Source of the DNA: Basidiobolus meristosporus CBS 931.73
Taxonomy: Eukaryota; Fungi; Basidiobolomycota
Direction: 5' to 3'
NCBI GenBank assembly: GCA_002104905.1
Contig: MCFE01000070.1
Span: 1 to 64,000, forward strand
Length of the DNA: 64,000 nucleotides
In this document: piece after piece, positions 34,700-48,142 of the stretch
How the letters are laid out: each line of letters opens with the position of its first letter
Numbering within the stretch: the first letter of the stretch is position 1
The notes under the pieces: generated by a model
Databases searched by the model: none
Told to the model about the DNA's origin: nothing
What the model saw: the letters and a program-made list of their open reading frames with translations, nothing else
Program-made: the position numbers and the translations under genes

Positions 34700-37674
34700 C
34701 TAGTCCAGAGTTGCAAAGCAATTTTTAGCTGCTGAATGATACCAAATAGTCCAATATTACAACACTCCCTCTCAATTGAATAATTTCTTATTCCCAGTTT
34801 CTCTCTGGAATTATCAAACTGTGGCATAGCAAGTAATTTTGTGAGTGAATCTGCCCCCATTCTATCAGTTAGGAAGTAAATTAACTCTACTAAGCTATTT
34901 GGTTCAGCTCCCCTTGCAAAGTTGTATTGTATATCTATGTTCTTAGTTCAGGAATTATTAGCAGCATTCCTAGCCAATGGAATAGAACTATGATTATTCT
35001 TGTAAAGCTAGTTGGCTCATCTCAACTAAAACCTAAGTCTTTAAATGAGTTATCTAACCATATAGCCTCCTTAGTAGCTTGATAAACAGCCACATATTCT
35101 GCCTCATCTATTGATAGTGTCACAGATGGTTGTTTGTTGCAACTCCCAGTAATAGCTGCACCAGCATACAGAAATAAATACCTAGTGTTAGAGCATCTGT
35201 CAAGCAGATCCCTACCCCAATTTGAATTACTTTAGCCATTAGATTTTTGCCAATCTGCTGCTCCAGAGTATTCCAGTGCCATATTCACAGTACCTTGCAG
35301 ATATCTGCAAATTTGATTAACTACTCTAACAGTACTAATACATAATTCTTCATGCATTGACTGCCTAATCCCTCTGTCACAGCAATACCAAGATGTATAC
35401 TCTTTGGTGTCTCAACAGTGGCCAAGAAAGATCCCTTTTCTGCTTTTTGGCTCTAACTGTCAGAGTTTTTTGAAAGGGATGAGATAGAAATGTCACTGTC
35501 AAAGATCATGAAGTGCAGGAGGACTGGCACAATCAGCTATTCCACTTTGTTGCAGAGTATGTGGAACAGTGGTATGTTGACGGATACCAGTAGATGAGCA
35601 GTACTGTGCAAACTCCTTAGAACAGTATTCCCCTCCATTGTTACTTTGAAGTACCCTTGATTTACACCAAGTTTGTGTTTCTGCCATGTTCTTGAAGTGC
35701 TCAAACATCTCCACAGCATCATCATTTGTCTGAAGAAGTATACCCATGTTTATCTTGTCTTGTCATTAATAAGCATTATAAACTATCTCCTTGCTCCAAA
35801 AGACAGTGCTCTCATGGGCCCACATTTGTAGAAGTGCACAATAGCCAATATTTTGGTGGTGTTAGTGCCACCAGAGCTCCTGAAATATTGTCTAGCTTGC
35901 TTGCCATATGAAGATCCCTTACAGATATGTAATTTGAATAGAATTGAGTGATTTAGGCCCTGAACAAGCTGGTTTCTGACCAGTTGGCCCATTTTCTATT
36001 CCCAATATGTCCTAGTCTCCTATGCCTTGACTCCCATACAGTTTCATTAGCTTCAACAGTGTTAGCTACTCAGGTACATGGATCTTGCATTGAAACTTGT
36101 ATATATTTTGACCTCTGATTCTCAAGCTAGTTTTTTTCCATTTTCACTCATTATTGCATAGCTTAGCTTAGTAAAAGCAAGTTTCAGTCCCTGAGTAGTT
36201 GGCTTACTCACTGAGAGTAGATTCTTAGATATCCCAAGCACTTAGAGTACATAAGTCTGTTTTGCTGTCCTTGCTGCTGAGATGCCACCCATACATAGCT
36301 GAAAAGACCCAGAGGAGGTAGCTTCCAGTGCAGAGTTGTCTCCCAGATAAACCTTTCTTGTGGGAATAGTCTTCAAGATGTTAATCCACTCCTGTACACC
36401 ACAAATATGCTGTGATGCTATGGAGTCAATATACTGCTCATTACTACAGTAACTTGCACTCTCATGTATTGTTACAAATAATAACTCATTTGTAGTTTTA
36501 TGGTTTGCTAGCTCTAGTTCCTGCTTTTTTCTGCTTGCTTCTTGCATTTGTTTGCCCAGTGTCCTCACTTCTCACAGTAGTTACAGCAACCAGGTTTTCA
36601 TTGGTTTTGTTGTTTCCCCTTCTTTTATGTGTGCCTTTCTGAGCTGAATAAAGCATTATCTTCAATTTTCTCTACTTGGTCATTGAATCTGAGTTCTTCA
36701 TGGAGGTGTCTACCATTGGCATAATATAATGTCACATTGTCTTCTCTGCTTGCAATAGAAAACATCAGTTGCTAATACTTGCTTGGTAAACTGCAAAGCA
36801 GACTAAGCATCTTTTCTTTATCAAATACATCAGTATTGATTCTGTAAAGTTCTTCTGCAAGTGTTTCCACTCTTGTAATGAGTTGTAGCATGTCATCCTC
36901 TGGCTTCTTCCTCATGATGAAGAGCTATCTTGTCAAATAAGGCTTGCTTGATACTGACTTTGCTCTAACAATCTTCTCTAAGGATTCCCATGCTGCTTTA
37001 GCTATATCAGGAGCATGAATTTGTCTAATGAAGGAATCTTGCACAGTCACATGTATGGCATTATAGGCTTTTCTCTCCCTCTCTTGAGACTTTTCAACTT
37101 CTTCTGCTGTTCCCTTGAGCTCAACTTCCTTTCCTGTCAATATATTCTAAGGCATTCTTTCCCCAAGGTGGATCTCCATCTTGATTCTCCAAAGTCTGTA
37201 GTTCTTCCCATCAAGCCCCTCCTTTACAGGGAAGATGGTTGTGTTGTTCTGTTTACTGATAGAATCCATCCTTAGAATAGATTAAGGGAACTGGGGCTCA
37301 TACACTGTAGCAATTTAAGAAATGTTTTGGATGTAAGGAGCTTATCAAGAAATAATGCTAATAGTTGAACTGTTGTTTGTTCATAAAGAGGCTCAGTATT
37401 TATACCTTTGTAGAAGCAGTACAACTGCAATACTAAGTAAGGGGAGTTTCTCAACACTTAGAAGCATTCTGCAACAATTACAAAGTTAGAACACAATGTT
37501 TAGTGAATGTGCTAATTTGATCTGGACTTTGGGGGAATAATATAGGATCATAGACCTGAAAGAAAGTGGCAGAGTAAGAGCTTTAAATTAGTCCTACAGT
37601 GACTATGACTAGTCCAGAACTGTTAAGTAAACATTCAGCTGCTAAAAGATACCAGGTAGTCCAATAGTTCAGCA
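34700..37674 (-). mobile_element. Decayed, internally deleted Ty1/copia family B element
   Basis: 5' LTR 37674-37306; PBS-like GTGTATGAGCCCC; gag, protease and integrase (SNNGGEY) remnants; RNase H; PPT GAGAGGGAG; start of the 3' LTR at 34764. Confidence 0.82.
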
Positions 37675-37699
37675 GTATTTCCATCTTCAGGCTATTTAT

Positions 37700-38060
37700 A
37701 CAGATTGTGTCTCATTTGAAGTACCAGTGTAATATATGTCCTTTCCTTTTGCTGTTATTGCAAAATAGGTTGCTTTTGAAGGGTCCCAGGTGCTTTTGTG
37801 GTTATTGTTACTTTATAAAGCATTGTCCAGGTCCTCCTTATTGGCATTTTAATTTCTTAATTCTTTCTCCAGAGGGCTTTCATATATGTAATTTGATGTT
37901 AAGGTTTCAACTCTGGATCTTAGGGCTGATGCAAGGGCCTGAGACCTATCTGTCAGGGTGCCAAAGAGGGAAACAAAAATATCTATATCAATGATTGATA
38001 TGCCCACCAACTCTATCACATCAACTAGCTGAGCAACTGACTTGATCTGATTATCCATTG
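37700..38060 (-). mobile_element. Copia gag fragment
   Basis: LASALRSRVETLT…LEKELRN plus a degenerate knuckle similar to family A gag. Confidence 0.55.
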
Positions 38061-38702
38061 TTCACCTGGCCACATCTCTGTAGGAGAGACTTTTCTCAAA
38101 GGTACAACTTCTTAGCCACTGCACATGATGGGTAGGTGTCTGCTAATGCCCCCATGCATTTTTTATCTTTCTTGCTTTTGAGCATTGAATTACCTATCTG
38201 TCTGTGACATCAAGGTAAATATAGTAAAGGCACTTTGTTCCTTCTTCTGGCGCTTGAACGCTTCTTGTCCTACACCTTTGGAAAGTTGTTCTTCTCCCAT
38301 AACAAAACACCAAGGCCTCTTTTCTGCAGTAGCATCTTCATCTTGACCTACCATACTTGATATTTGGATCTGTCCAACTTTTTGACAAAGGGAAAATTAC
38401 AATGGTAGGACAGTAAGCTAAGATTACTAAGTTATTTGCTCTAGCTTTGCATCTTAAACAATGTATGATATGTTTGTGCTTGAGTGTAGTGTAAAGTGGA
38501 ACTTCTAAACAGTTTTTTACATCCTTGATTATCATGAAATCATATTGTAGGAGCTTTTTTACATCAGTGTTGGTCTTTGAAAGGCACTCCTAACTACATT
38601 TCTTGTTTTGCAGTCTCAGAGACTGCCAAATAGTCCACCTTTGTGTTGAAAATTGCTATGGTTGTTTGCTGTTTTGGGTTCTATTATATTGATCCTCAAC
38701 AG

Positions 38703-41250
38703 TGTAGTAAAAATATGTAATTCCACCTAAATATCCACCTAACTTAGTCACTTAGACCATTACCTTCAAGGCCTAGAGAGTGCTAATCAAATTCCTTGTT
38801 GGGATTTACTTGAAATATTTTCATCAAAATACCAGGCACCCAGAACATGAAAATTCTATAAGTTGTCCTAACAACCCCAAACTTTGCAGACATGCTTGTG
38901 AGACCTTCCTTAACTTATTCCATGTGCTTGCTATGCCAAAACCATATAAAAGTAAAAATCCTAATCTTATATTCAATAAATCACTAAGTGAAATCCACAT
39001 AATCTAATTGTTCTCCCAATCACTTCCAATATCTCCAGGACTTCTACAACAGGCTATGACCCCCAAGCTGTGTCTCTTTGCAATATCTACTACTGCTATT
39101 ACTGGAATTCTTTACCTCTGCTGAACAGTTAAATGGATCTAACTATCAGGTGTGGAAGGTGAAGATGAAGATGAAGATGAAGATGCTGCTACAAGAAGAA
39201 TGCCTCTTAGATATTGTCATGGGAGAAGGATGCCCTCCTAAAAGTGTGGGAGAGGAAGCCTTAAGTACCAGAAAAAAGAACAAAGTGCCTTTAACAGCAT
39301 ATACTTTAAGGTTAAAGACAAATTGCTAATTCAATGCTCAAGAGCAAAACAGCAAAGAACGCCTAGAAGGCATTAGAAGACACCTACCAGTCATGCTCAG
39401 CTGCTAAGAAAATATATGCCAGATGCAAATTCTTTACTACAAAGATGCTGCCAGGAGAAGAAATGAAAAATTTAATTAACAGACTTACCCTGCTGGTGGA
39501 TGAGATGGAATCTGTGGGCCTACCAACTACCAATAAGGATGCACTAGTAACTATCCTGAATAGCCTGAAAGACAAGTTTCCGGGCCTGGTTTTAGCCCCA
39601 GAGCCCAGAGCTGAATATTTGACCTTAAATTATTAATATGGAAGGCTCCTGGATGAAGATTTAAGAAAATTAAGCACCACTAAGAAGGAACAAGAAAATG
39701 CTTTAATAAGCAATTATAACCAGCAAAGAAGGTACCCAAGACTCTGCAAAGGTAACAGCAACCTGTTTTGCAGCTACTGCAAAAGGAAAGGGCACATATC
39801 AGGCCAGTGTCTCAAAGAGAGAGATAATCAGCAAAAGAAACCTGAATATGGAAATACTGCAACAACCAAAGATAGAATATTCATATCTGCACTAAATATG
39901 ACCAAATAAGGATTCTCAGACGTTGTATATTGACTCTAGAGCATCTCAACACCTTACACACCAAACAAACTTTTACTCAACTTCAAGAAATCCTAACTAA
40001 GGTCTCCATGTGTGACAATAAAATATTTGATGTAGTGGGAGAAGGAACTATCCAAGTAAACCCTAGAAGCAGTGAAGGAAGCTATACTCTGACCTTTAAA
40101 GAGGTACTCTATGTACCAGAAATAGCCAAGAACCTACTATCTGTAAGCAAGGCCACAGCAGAAGGACTCAGTCTTGGCATTGACAATTCTGGATAAAGGA
40201 TCACTGATAAAAATGGTGCCCATATTACTTAAGGTATCAGAGATCAGAACCTATACAAGATGACTTATATTTCAGCATATCTGGAAGACAATTCAAGTAA
40301 CTTAAATGAAGAAACACCAATGCTTTGGCACAGGAGATTTAGGCAAATCAATAATGATTATGTGCACAAAATGATCAACAATCAGCTAATTTCTGGAGTC
40401 AAAATTGAACCCCCACCTAATTTGGAGCACTGTGAAGCCTGCATATATGGGAAACAAGCCAGACAACCGGTCAAGAGCTCTGGGTTAATCAAAATCAAGA
40501 AAAAATTAGATCCAATTCACTCAAATCTGTGTGGGCCTATGCAAAGTTTATCCTTGGGCAGGATGAAGTATTTAATCACCTTTATTGATGGTTATGCAAG
40601 ATACACATGGGTCTACTTCATGGAGAGAAAGGAAGAAGCTCTGCCTAAGCTCAGTGAGTTTAAAGCTATGGTGTAGAGTTAAACTGGTGAAAAAATCAAG
40701 AAAATATGCTCTGATAATGGTGGAGAATTTACCTCAAAACTCCTTATCTACCTGTGCAAAATTGATGGGATAAAGCAAGAGAATACTGTACCATACTCCA
40801 CACAGCAAAGTGGAGTAGCAGAATGAGCAAACAGATCAATAATTGATATGGTAAGATCTATGATCCCTGACCAGAAATTAATCTATGATCTTTGAGTGGA
40901 ATCAGTTGCCACAGCTGTATACCTTAAATAGGAGTTAAAACAGAATATTTTGTGATTCTACTCCACTTGAAGCTTGGTATAGATGCAGACCAAGTGCAGA
41001 ATATCTAAGAATATCTTGGTGTATAGCATATGCTGAGAAACTGTCCAGAAGGCAGTCAAAATTTGAGCCAAGAAGTGTAAAATGCATATTTTTGGGCTAC
41101 TGCAATAAGAGTGAAGTATACAATACCAAAGCAAAGAAGCTTATCAAGTCCAGGGATGAGTTGCAATATCAGATGATGACAAAATGTGATATCTAGTCCA
41201 CCAATAGTCAGGATTGAATAAGAGCAAAACAAGGAGAACTTTCTCATGCC
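38703..41250 (+). mobile_element. Decayed Ty1/copia family A element (LTR 38703-39051, PBS, gag-PR-IN; RT absent)
   Basis: GGCTATGACCCC after the LTR; LNGSNYQVWKVKM; CEACIYGKQ; HSNLCGPM; YTWVYFM; colinear with the 32.3-34.7 kb copy. Confidence 0.88.
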
Positions 41251-42524
41251 AGAGGTCTTTAGGTATGAAAAGATTCAAGATTTGGTGTTGGAGAAAAGGG
41301 AGGAGGATTTGTGTAAAAAGGCAGGGGTGGAAGGTTGTAAGTGTATTGCTATAATAAAATCTGGGGAGAGAAAGAGTTTAAGATGTGATTGCAAACCCAG
41401 AAGGGGATTGGAATATTGCGGTTATCATATTTCATCAAATGTGTATATTAGACTTGTTCTGTTGGATAGTGCCACATTGAGCCATGAGTGCCAAATGATG
41501 CCATAGTGTGCCAGAGAGGTAAAGTGAGCCTATACTTGGCCACAGAGTGTGAAACATAGCTCTGCATCTTCATGTAAAGCAGCCCTTGTGTTTCACCCAT
41601 TGCGCAGGAGAAAATCCATTTTTGAACTTTTTTTGTGGATCAATGTAACTCAGGATGTGTAAGAGCACAGGAGAACTGAAGATATGCATCTGGTACTCAA
41701 TACCCATGGCACTCTGTATCTAGCTCCTGTAGCTTGTATCATGTCACAAAAATGAATGGCACTATCTTGGTCCACTGGTACTATCTGGCACTATATTTAA
41801 ATATTAGACCTAAAGTAAGATCTATACAAAGCACTTATAGTGCCAGATAGTACCGGTGGACCAAGATAGTGCCATTCATTTTTGTGACATGATACAAGCT
41901 ACAGGAGCTAGATACAGAGTGCCATGGGTATTGAGTACCAGATGCATATCTTCAGTTCTCCTGTGCTCTTACACATCCTGAGTTACATTGATCCACAAAA
42001 AAAGGTCAAAAAATGGATTTTCTCCAACACAATGGGTGAAACACAGGGGCTACTTTGCATGAAAATGCAGAGCTATTTTTCACACTCTGTGGCCAGGTAG
42101 TGGCTCACTTGGCCTCTCTGGCACACTATGGCATCATTTGGCACTCATGGCTCAATGTGGCACTATCCAACGGAACAAGTCTAATATATTAGGGTTAATT
42201 AAGTTGGAACAGGTTTTGGACAATATGGGGTTGGATGATAATACAAAAGGTCAAACTTTACAGAAAGATTTACAGGGGGGAGAATTGTTGAATGATGGAT
42301 GTGAGGTTAAAGTAGATTTGCCAGTTGACAAACCTGTTATAAAGACGGAGGTATCTCTGCCAAAACATGTTAAGTTGGAAAATAAAGTTCCATCATTTAA
42401 ATTGGATGATTTGAAAGAGAATAATGTGCCAACAAATAAGATAGTTGCGGAGAAACAAAGCTTGGTATTTGAGAGGCCAGATTTGCAGAAGATTAGAAGC
42501 GGAAATGTTTTAAAGAGGCCCTGA
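41246..42524 (+). pseudogene. Foreign-looking ~179-codon ORF interrupted by a palindromic element
   Basis: Removing 41448-42186 fuses ORFs 41246.. and 42138..42524 in frame (…SNVYILGLIK…); contains CIAIIKSGERKSLRC-x9-CGYH. Confidence 0.55.
41448..42184. mobile_element. Fold-back/MITE-like palindromic element, copy 1 (737 bp)
   Basis: Arms of ~350 bp around a 40-nt loop (41796-41835); termini TTAGACTTGTTC…GAACAAGTCTAA; TA on both sides. Confidence 0.9.
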
Positions 42525-42824
42525 ATAGCCCTCAGAAGAAATTTTGGAGATCTGCAATGCCTGAGGGATATCAGGCCCTAATGGAAAATCAAACTTGGGA
42601 CTAAGTCAAATTACAGATCAACCAAAAAGCAATTGGATGCCAAGGGGTCTTCAAGACAAAATATAAGGCTGATGGCACAATTAAAAGATACAAAGCAAGA
42701 CTTGTGGTTGTTGTTCATCCAGGATTTGCTGCATAGCATTCTTCCATTTTTGATTTCATGACATCTTGAAGGGGGGGCTTCTTCTTTCTTCTGGGTGGGG
42801 GGTTCTGGCTATTGCTGCTACTAA

Positions 42825-43190
42825 TGTTAAAAGTCTTGATAAAAGAGTTATAGGGGAATAGGGAGTTTAGCTGGTATTGTATTCATTAAAACTTGAACTG
42901 AACTTTATCAAGGCTCCAGCAGCTCTTTATATACATTGTGCCAGATCAATTGATGACTCATTGCATTTCCTAATGTAGTTGTGACTGAAGACTCATTTGA
43001 CTGCATCATCATCACCCAATTATAGGATACCTGATATTTCTATGTCTGAATGATAAGGATCTGCTGATTCATCTGCTGACTAATACTACTCATCTGATAG
43101 ATAACACTGATAAACTGATAGGCTAAACCTAAAATTAATTGATTTGATTAAAGCTGCTCTAATTTAAACATTCAGGTGGTAGATCATCAT
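42825..43190 (-). mobile_element. LTR family C (probably Ty3/gypsy)
   Basis: Reverse complement of 55426-55793. Confidence 0.7.
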
Positions 43191-43199
43191 GGCCATCCA

Positions 43200-44400
43200 A
43201 AGCAACAATTCTCCATTTTCCTGCTGCAGTAGGATTGCTAGTTTACATTGAGTGTACCAGATAGTCCAAATAGAGCTTAGGTATCTACTATCTCCATTTG
43301 GACACCAGTAACTTATTGGCAGTGGGTTTATGTTCAATATCTGGCTCTGAAGATACCAGTAACTGCATTGCCCTTGTTGATCTAGATCTGATGCATGTTA
43401 GTTGCATATCCACAGCTTTCATATTTCCCAGAGTGTTCAGGAACCTAATATAATCATAACATCTCCATTCAGAGATGTTGTTTTCAAATCAGTCTTCTAT
43501 TTAGATCTTGCATAGCTTTTCACAGGTGTAATGATTAATTTATGCCAGCAAGCTCCCTTTAGAAGCCATTTGTCTCAGTATATTGGCAGCTGATAATATT
43601 ACTGCTGTGTGGCCCATAGCTGGGAGCTGCAAGGGATTTAATCTGATTATAATAGCAGGATAACAATTAATCCATGTTGAATTATGTTATCTTACATCAT
43701 TGAGTGCCTAGTAATATATGTGCTGGTGTATGGTAAGCAGAGTACCCCTCAATATATTTTCATATATGTATTCCATAGTATTTATAGAGACTATAGGAAT
43801 ACACTTTTGCAAGGATCTCTGGCATTACTTCTCCCAGTGGTAATAAAATTTCATCTTCTAGATATTGAGATATATTCTCACCACTGTTTCAGGGGCTTAA
43901 TCAAGACCTATGGCTTGTCTATACATAACTTATAGAGCTTCCTGATCATTGATGCTAACAATAGTATCACTGATATATCATATATATCACTCCAAATTTA
44001 ACATGTCTAGGATCACTGATATTTGGCTAATATATATATAGGCTTTATATATCCCTCTGATCCTCAGAGCTTTAACTAGCTAATCTGTGAATTGGTTTCC
44101 ATGTCCACCTATATACTAGGGTAGCTAGGAGCTTCAAAGCTCTTGCATATCATTTCATTTCAAGTGAAAATAGACTTAGGTATTTGCACTGCAGGAACTA
44201 TGGTATTTCATTGACTGAGATAGTATAAGCCAAATCTGGGTAAATGTAGTCTTGCAGGTGGATACAATCCAGATCAATGGTTGGGATCCTGCAACAAGGC
44301 TGCCATGATGCCAGCAGCTTGGAACCATTGACCCTCATTCCAATCTCATGACATAGTGGTGGCAGTATTTTGCTGAATCCACTGCTTAAAAGGTAAAGAA
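43200..44400 (-). mobile_element. Heavily decayed Ty3/gypsy pol remnant
   Basis: EPDIEHKP motif near 43330 resembles the gypsy RNase H-end IEHKPG; lies upstream of LTR C on the same strand. Confidence 0.45.
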
Positions 44401-44701
44401 ACTCAATAGTCCTACAACAGTCCTTTGATGGGATTTTGATGGCACTTTCTCAGATCTAAAGCAGCCCACACTTATTTGAGCATACCCCACTGCCAAAAAC
44501 ATCCCATTGTTATATATAGAAGAAAACCTGTCAGTATTTTGATGGCCTTGATGAGAACATATGTTGGCATATTAACAGCAGTATGGCAGCCTACATCTAG
44601 TACTCTACAGTGTAAGCATACCAGATTACCAAATGAAATTTCCTTTTTCTACCACCCCTTGCACCATTCACATATTTTACTATAGAATTGCCTCTCTTTA
44701 T

Positions 44702-45260
44702 TGTTGCAACTTAAGAAATGCTTTTGAAACAAGAAACTTATCAAGAAATAATGATGATATTTGAACTGACTTTTATTCTTAAAAAGCTCAGTATTTATAC
44801 CTTTGTAAAAGTGACACCACTGTGGAACTAAGTAAGGAGAGTTTCTCAACACTCAAGAGCAATCAGTAACTGTTTCAGGGTTGGTACATATTGTTTGGTA
44901 GATGTGCTAATTTGATCCTGACTATAGAGAAATAATGATACAGTGATAGAACTGAAGAAAGTAGCAAATCTATGGCTAAGCATTAGCCCTACAGTGACCA
45001 AAACTAATTTGGAGTTGTTAGGTATACTTTCATCTGCTGAATAGTATCAAATAGTCCAATATTTCAACTCTCCCCCTCAACTAAATAACCACTTGTTCCT
45101 AATTCCTCTTTAAGATTCTCAATTGTGGCATAGCTAGTGGATTTGTCAATATATCTGACACTATTTTGTCAGTTGGGCAGTAAACTAGCTTGACTAATAT
45201 ATTATCTACAGCTTCCCTCACTAAGTGGGGCTGTATATGTACATGCTTAGTTCTGGCATG
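44702..45260 (-). mobile_element. Copia family B 3' LTR (44702-45069) with PPT and RNase H end
   Basis: TTGAGGGGGAG precedes the LTR start; ADILTNPL motif. Confidence 0.75.
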
Positions 45261-45289
45261 AGTAGCAGGGTTCCTATCTAGTGAAATAC

Positions 45290-45950
45290 AACAAAATGGA
45301 TCAGATCAAATCACAGCAATTAAGCAGAATTCTGATAGCTACTAGGTACCATAACTACAGTACTGGAATACTCTGGGGCAGCTAATAAGCAATAATGTAA
45401 TAGTCATAGTGATTTGGATTGGGGTAGGGATCTGACTGACAGATGCTCTACCCCTGGATATGTATATCTTCATGCTGTTGCAGCTATTATTTGGAATTGC
45501 AAGAAGCAACCAACTGTGGCCCTATCTACAAGTGCAGCTGAGGATATTGCAGCTTGTCAAGCAAATAAGAATGCTATTGTTAAAATATTGGACTATTTGG
45601 TATCATTCAGCAGCTGAAAGCTTACTTAACAATTTGAGGCTGGTCATTGGTCACTGTAGGACTAATTTACAGCCCCAAATTTGCCAGTTTCTTCAGAACT
45701 ATGATTCTTTGATTATTCCCCTATATTAAAGATAAAATTTACATATTTACCAAAGCGTATGTACTAACCCTGAAACTGTTGCAGAATGCTCATGAATGTG
45801 AAGAAACCCTCCTTACTTGGTGTTACAGCTGTGTTATTTCTACAAAGGTAAAATTAATTACCCTCTTTTTGAATAAACAATATTTCACCTATTATCACTA
45901 TTTCTTGATAAGTTGCTGACATCCTAATTACCATTTAATTTGCATTACCT
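45290..45950 (+). mobile_element. Copia RT/RNase H fragment joined to LTR B (from 45578)
   Basis: DWGRDLTDRCST, WNCKKQPTVALSTS, followed by TGTTAAAATATTGGACTATTTGG. Confidence 0.75.
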
Positions 45951-46610
45951 AACCTGCTGCAATCAAGCAGGATGTGTTTGACCTGTTCCATGAGCACTAC
46001 ACTGGATTCAAACATGCAAACACATTCTAGGCTAACATTGGTATATTGAGAACATATCTTAAGAGCTGCAGAAACTACCAAAGGCACAAAAACAAGAGTG
46101 CTATGGCTAAAAACCAATGGCTACCTGATGAGCCTGTTACAAGCAGGACCAAAAGCTCTGAATAGATGCAAAATAATTGTCATGTAGCTGGAAGAGTGTC
46201 TATACAAAACAAGCAGGTGGACACAGATGCAACTGCACAATATTTATCAAGAAATTATGGTTACAATCAAATAGCACTCCATCAAAGTTACTGTAAAAGA
46301 CCTGGCAATGATAAAACCAGCAGATTCCTCAGCATCCTGTTTCTATTGGGGCTGAAAGCTCAAAGCAAGCAGCAAAGAAATATCATCTGGCCAGAAGAAT
46401 GCCAGTAGGGAACAACAAGGCAAAAGCATATGAGCAGGTGTTGCATTTATCAGCAAAAAAATGGCGTTCAATAAAGGAAGCACTCAGACAAGGTAGCAGT
46501 GAGTGACATGGCAGCAATAAAGGAAAAGGTGAGCAGAAAAAGTCTACCTCAGTTGGAAACTGGAAACATAGGAAAAAGCTGCAGCTCTTGCCAATTAACA
46601 CCTTAAGCCT
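45950..46610 (+). repeat. Unclassified decayed repeat family D, copy 1
   Basis: Alignable to ~52290-53160 (+) and ~59200-60150 (-). Confidence 0.6.
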
Positions 46611-47775
46611 GGAACAGGCTTGATTCCATCATAGCCAACAAAAATTACCAACACCCAACTAAAAATAAATATATGGTCCTATGGATTTATCTAATCCAGA
46701 TGAACCATCAGGATCCATGATGAAGCTGTCATAATGATGGCAGCTGGGAACCATTGGCCCTCTAAATAATCTTATGACAGGATTGTGATGGCAATTTGCC
46801 AAATATAATGCCAAATAGATTTAAGAACTTGATGGTGCTTGACAGTCCCTGGACAATAGTTGTATGGCATTTTTACAGTTTTAATGCCTTCTACGCTTAT
46901 TTGAACACACCTTACTGGTCAATATATCCAACTGTTTTATATGGCCAGCAACTTGACAATGTTCTGATGGCCTTATTGCAGACCTTTGCAGGCGTTATAA
47001 TGGCATTATAGCAGCCCAAAGCTAGTTTTGTGTAATACTACCATACTAATTTACCAAATAGTATTCCCTTTTTGTACCTCCCCTTGTGCCATTTGTATAT
47101 TTCACTGTATAATCACTCTTCTTTGTTGGCTTATCCACTACTACCTTGGGTTTTCTAGATATTGTCAGAATTGTAAGAAACTGTGGCCTTCTACTTACAA
47201 ACTCATTCATAAGTGCTCCCCCAAGGCTATAGACTTGTTCCATCATTCCAGCTGATCATAGTGCCCAATAGTGCCATGGCATGCCAGATGGTGCCTGAAT
47301 ATGCCACAGAGTGCCAGAGGGTGCCATACAATGCCAATTTGGGATCAAAATTGACATGCATATGAACCTAAAATATCAAATTAATAACAAAATATACAAC
47401 ACTTTCTGACACTATGATCAATGGCACAATGGAACAAGTCTAATGGACATATGTATACCACCTCAGCTGTATGGCTTTTTGGTGTGATACATCCAAAGTG
47501 GCCATTGACCGTATTTTACTGGTAGTTATAGATTGTCAAGCATCTGCTTGGTTGCTACCACTAATGCCATCAATACCTCCCAAATATCTGCCAAGAGCAT
47601 TTTGTATTAAGCCAATACGTCCTTCTTCCTGCTGAACTTTTGTCCCTGTTATAGGTCACCATTTGCTCTTGTTTGTGCGGGTTCTGTACTAAATGATGTA
47701 GACATTGGCTTGTAACAAAAGGAACATTGCATTCTTTGGTGAAGTAATCTTCATAGATTATTTGCTTGTTGTGTC

Positions 47776-48142
47776 TGTTGCAATTTAACAAGTGATTTGG
47801 ATATAAGGAACCTATCAAAAATAGTGATAATGGTTGAACTATTTTTATTCAAAAAGAAGCTCAGTATTCATACCTATGTGGAAGTAATACAACTGTAACA
47901 CTAAGTAAGGAGAGCTTCTCAACATTCAGGAGCACTCTGTAACAGTTTCAAGGTTGGCATATATTGTTCAGTAGAAGTGTTAATTTGATAATGACTATAG
48001 GGGAATAATCAAAAGATCTTAGATCTGAAGAAACTGGCAAAGTTAGAGCTTTAGGTGACCCCTACAGTGACCAAGACTAGTACAGAATTGTCAAGTAAGT
48101 TTTTAGCTGCTGAACAATACCAAATAGTTCAATATTTCAACA
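47776..48142 (-). mobile_element. LTR family B
   Basis: TG...CA termini; same RNase H junction as the 45578 copy. Confidence 0.8.

Noticed and set aside
42480-42524. WH2-like motif LQKIRSGNVLKR at the end of the foreign ORF
   Set aside because: The last residues appear to cross into copia-derived sequence (similar to ~54270), so the motif may be a junction coincidence.
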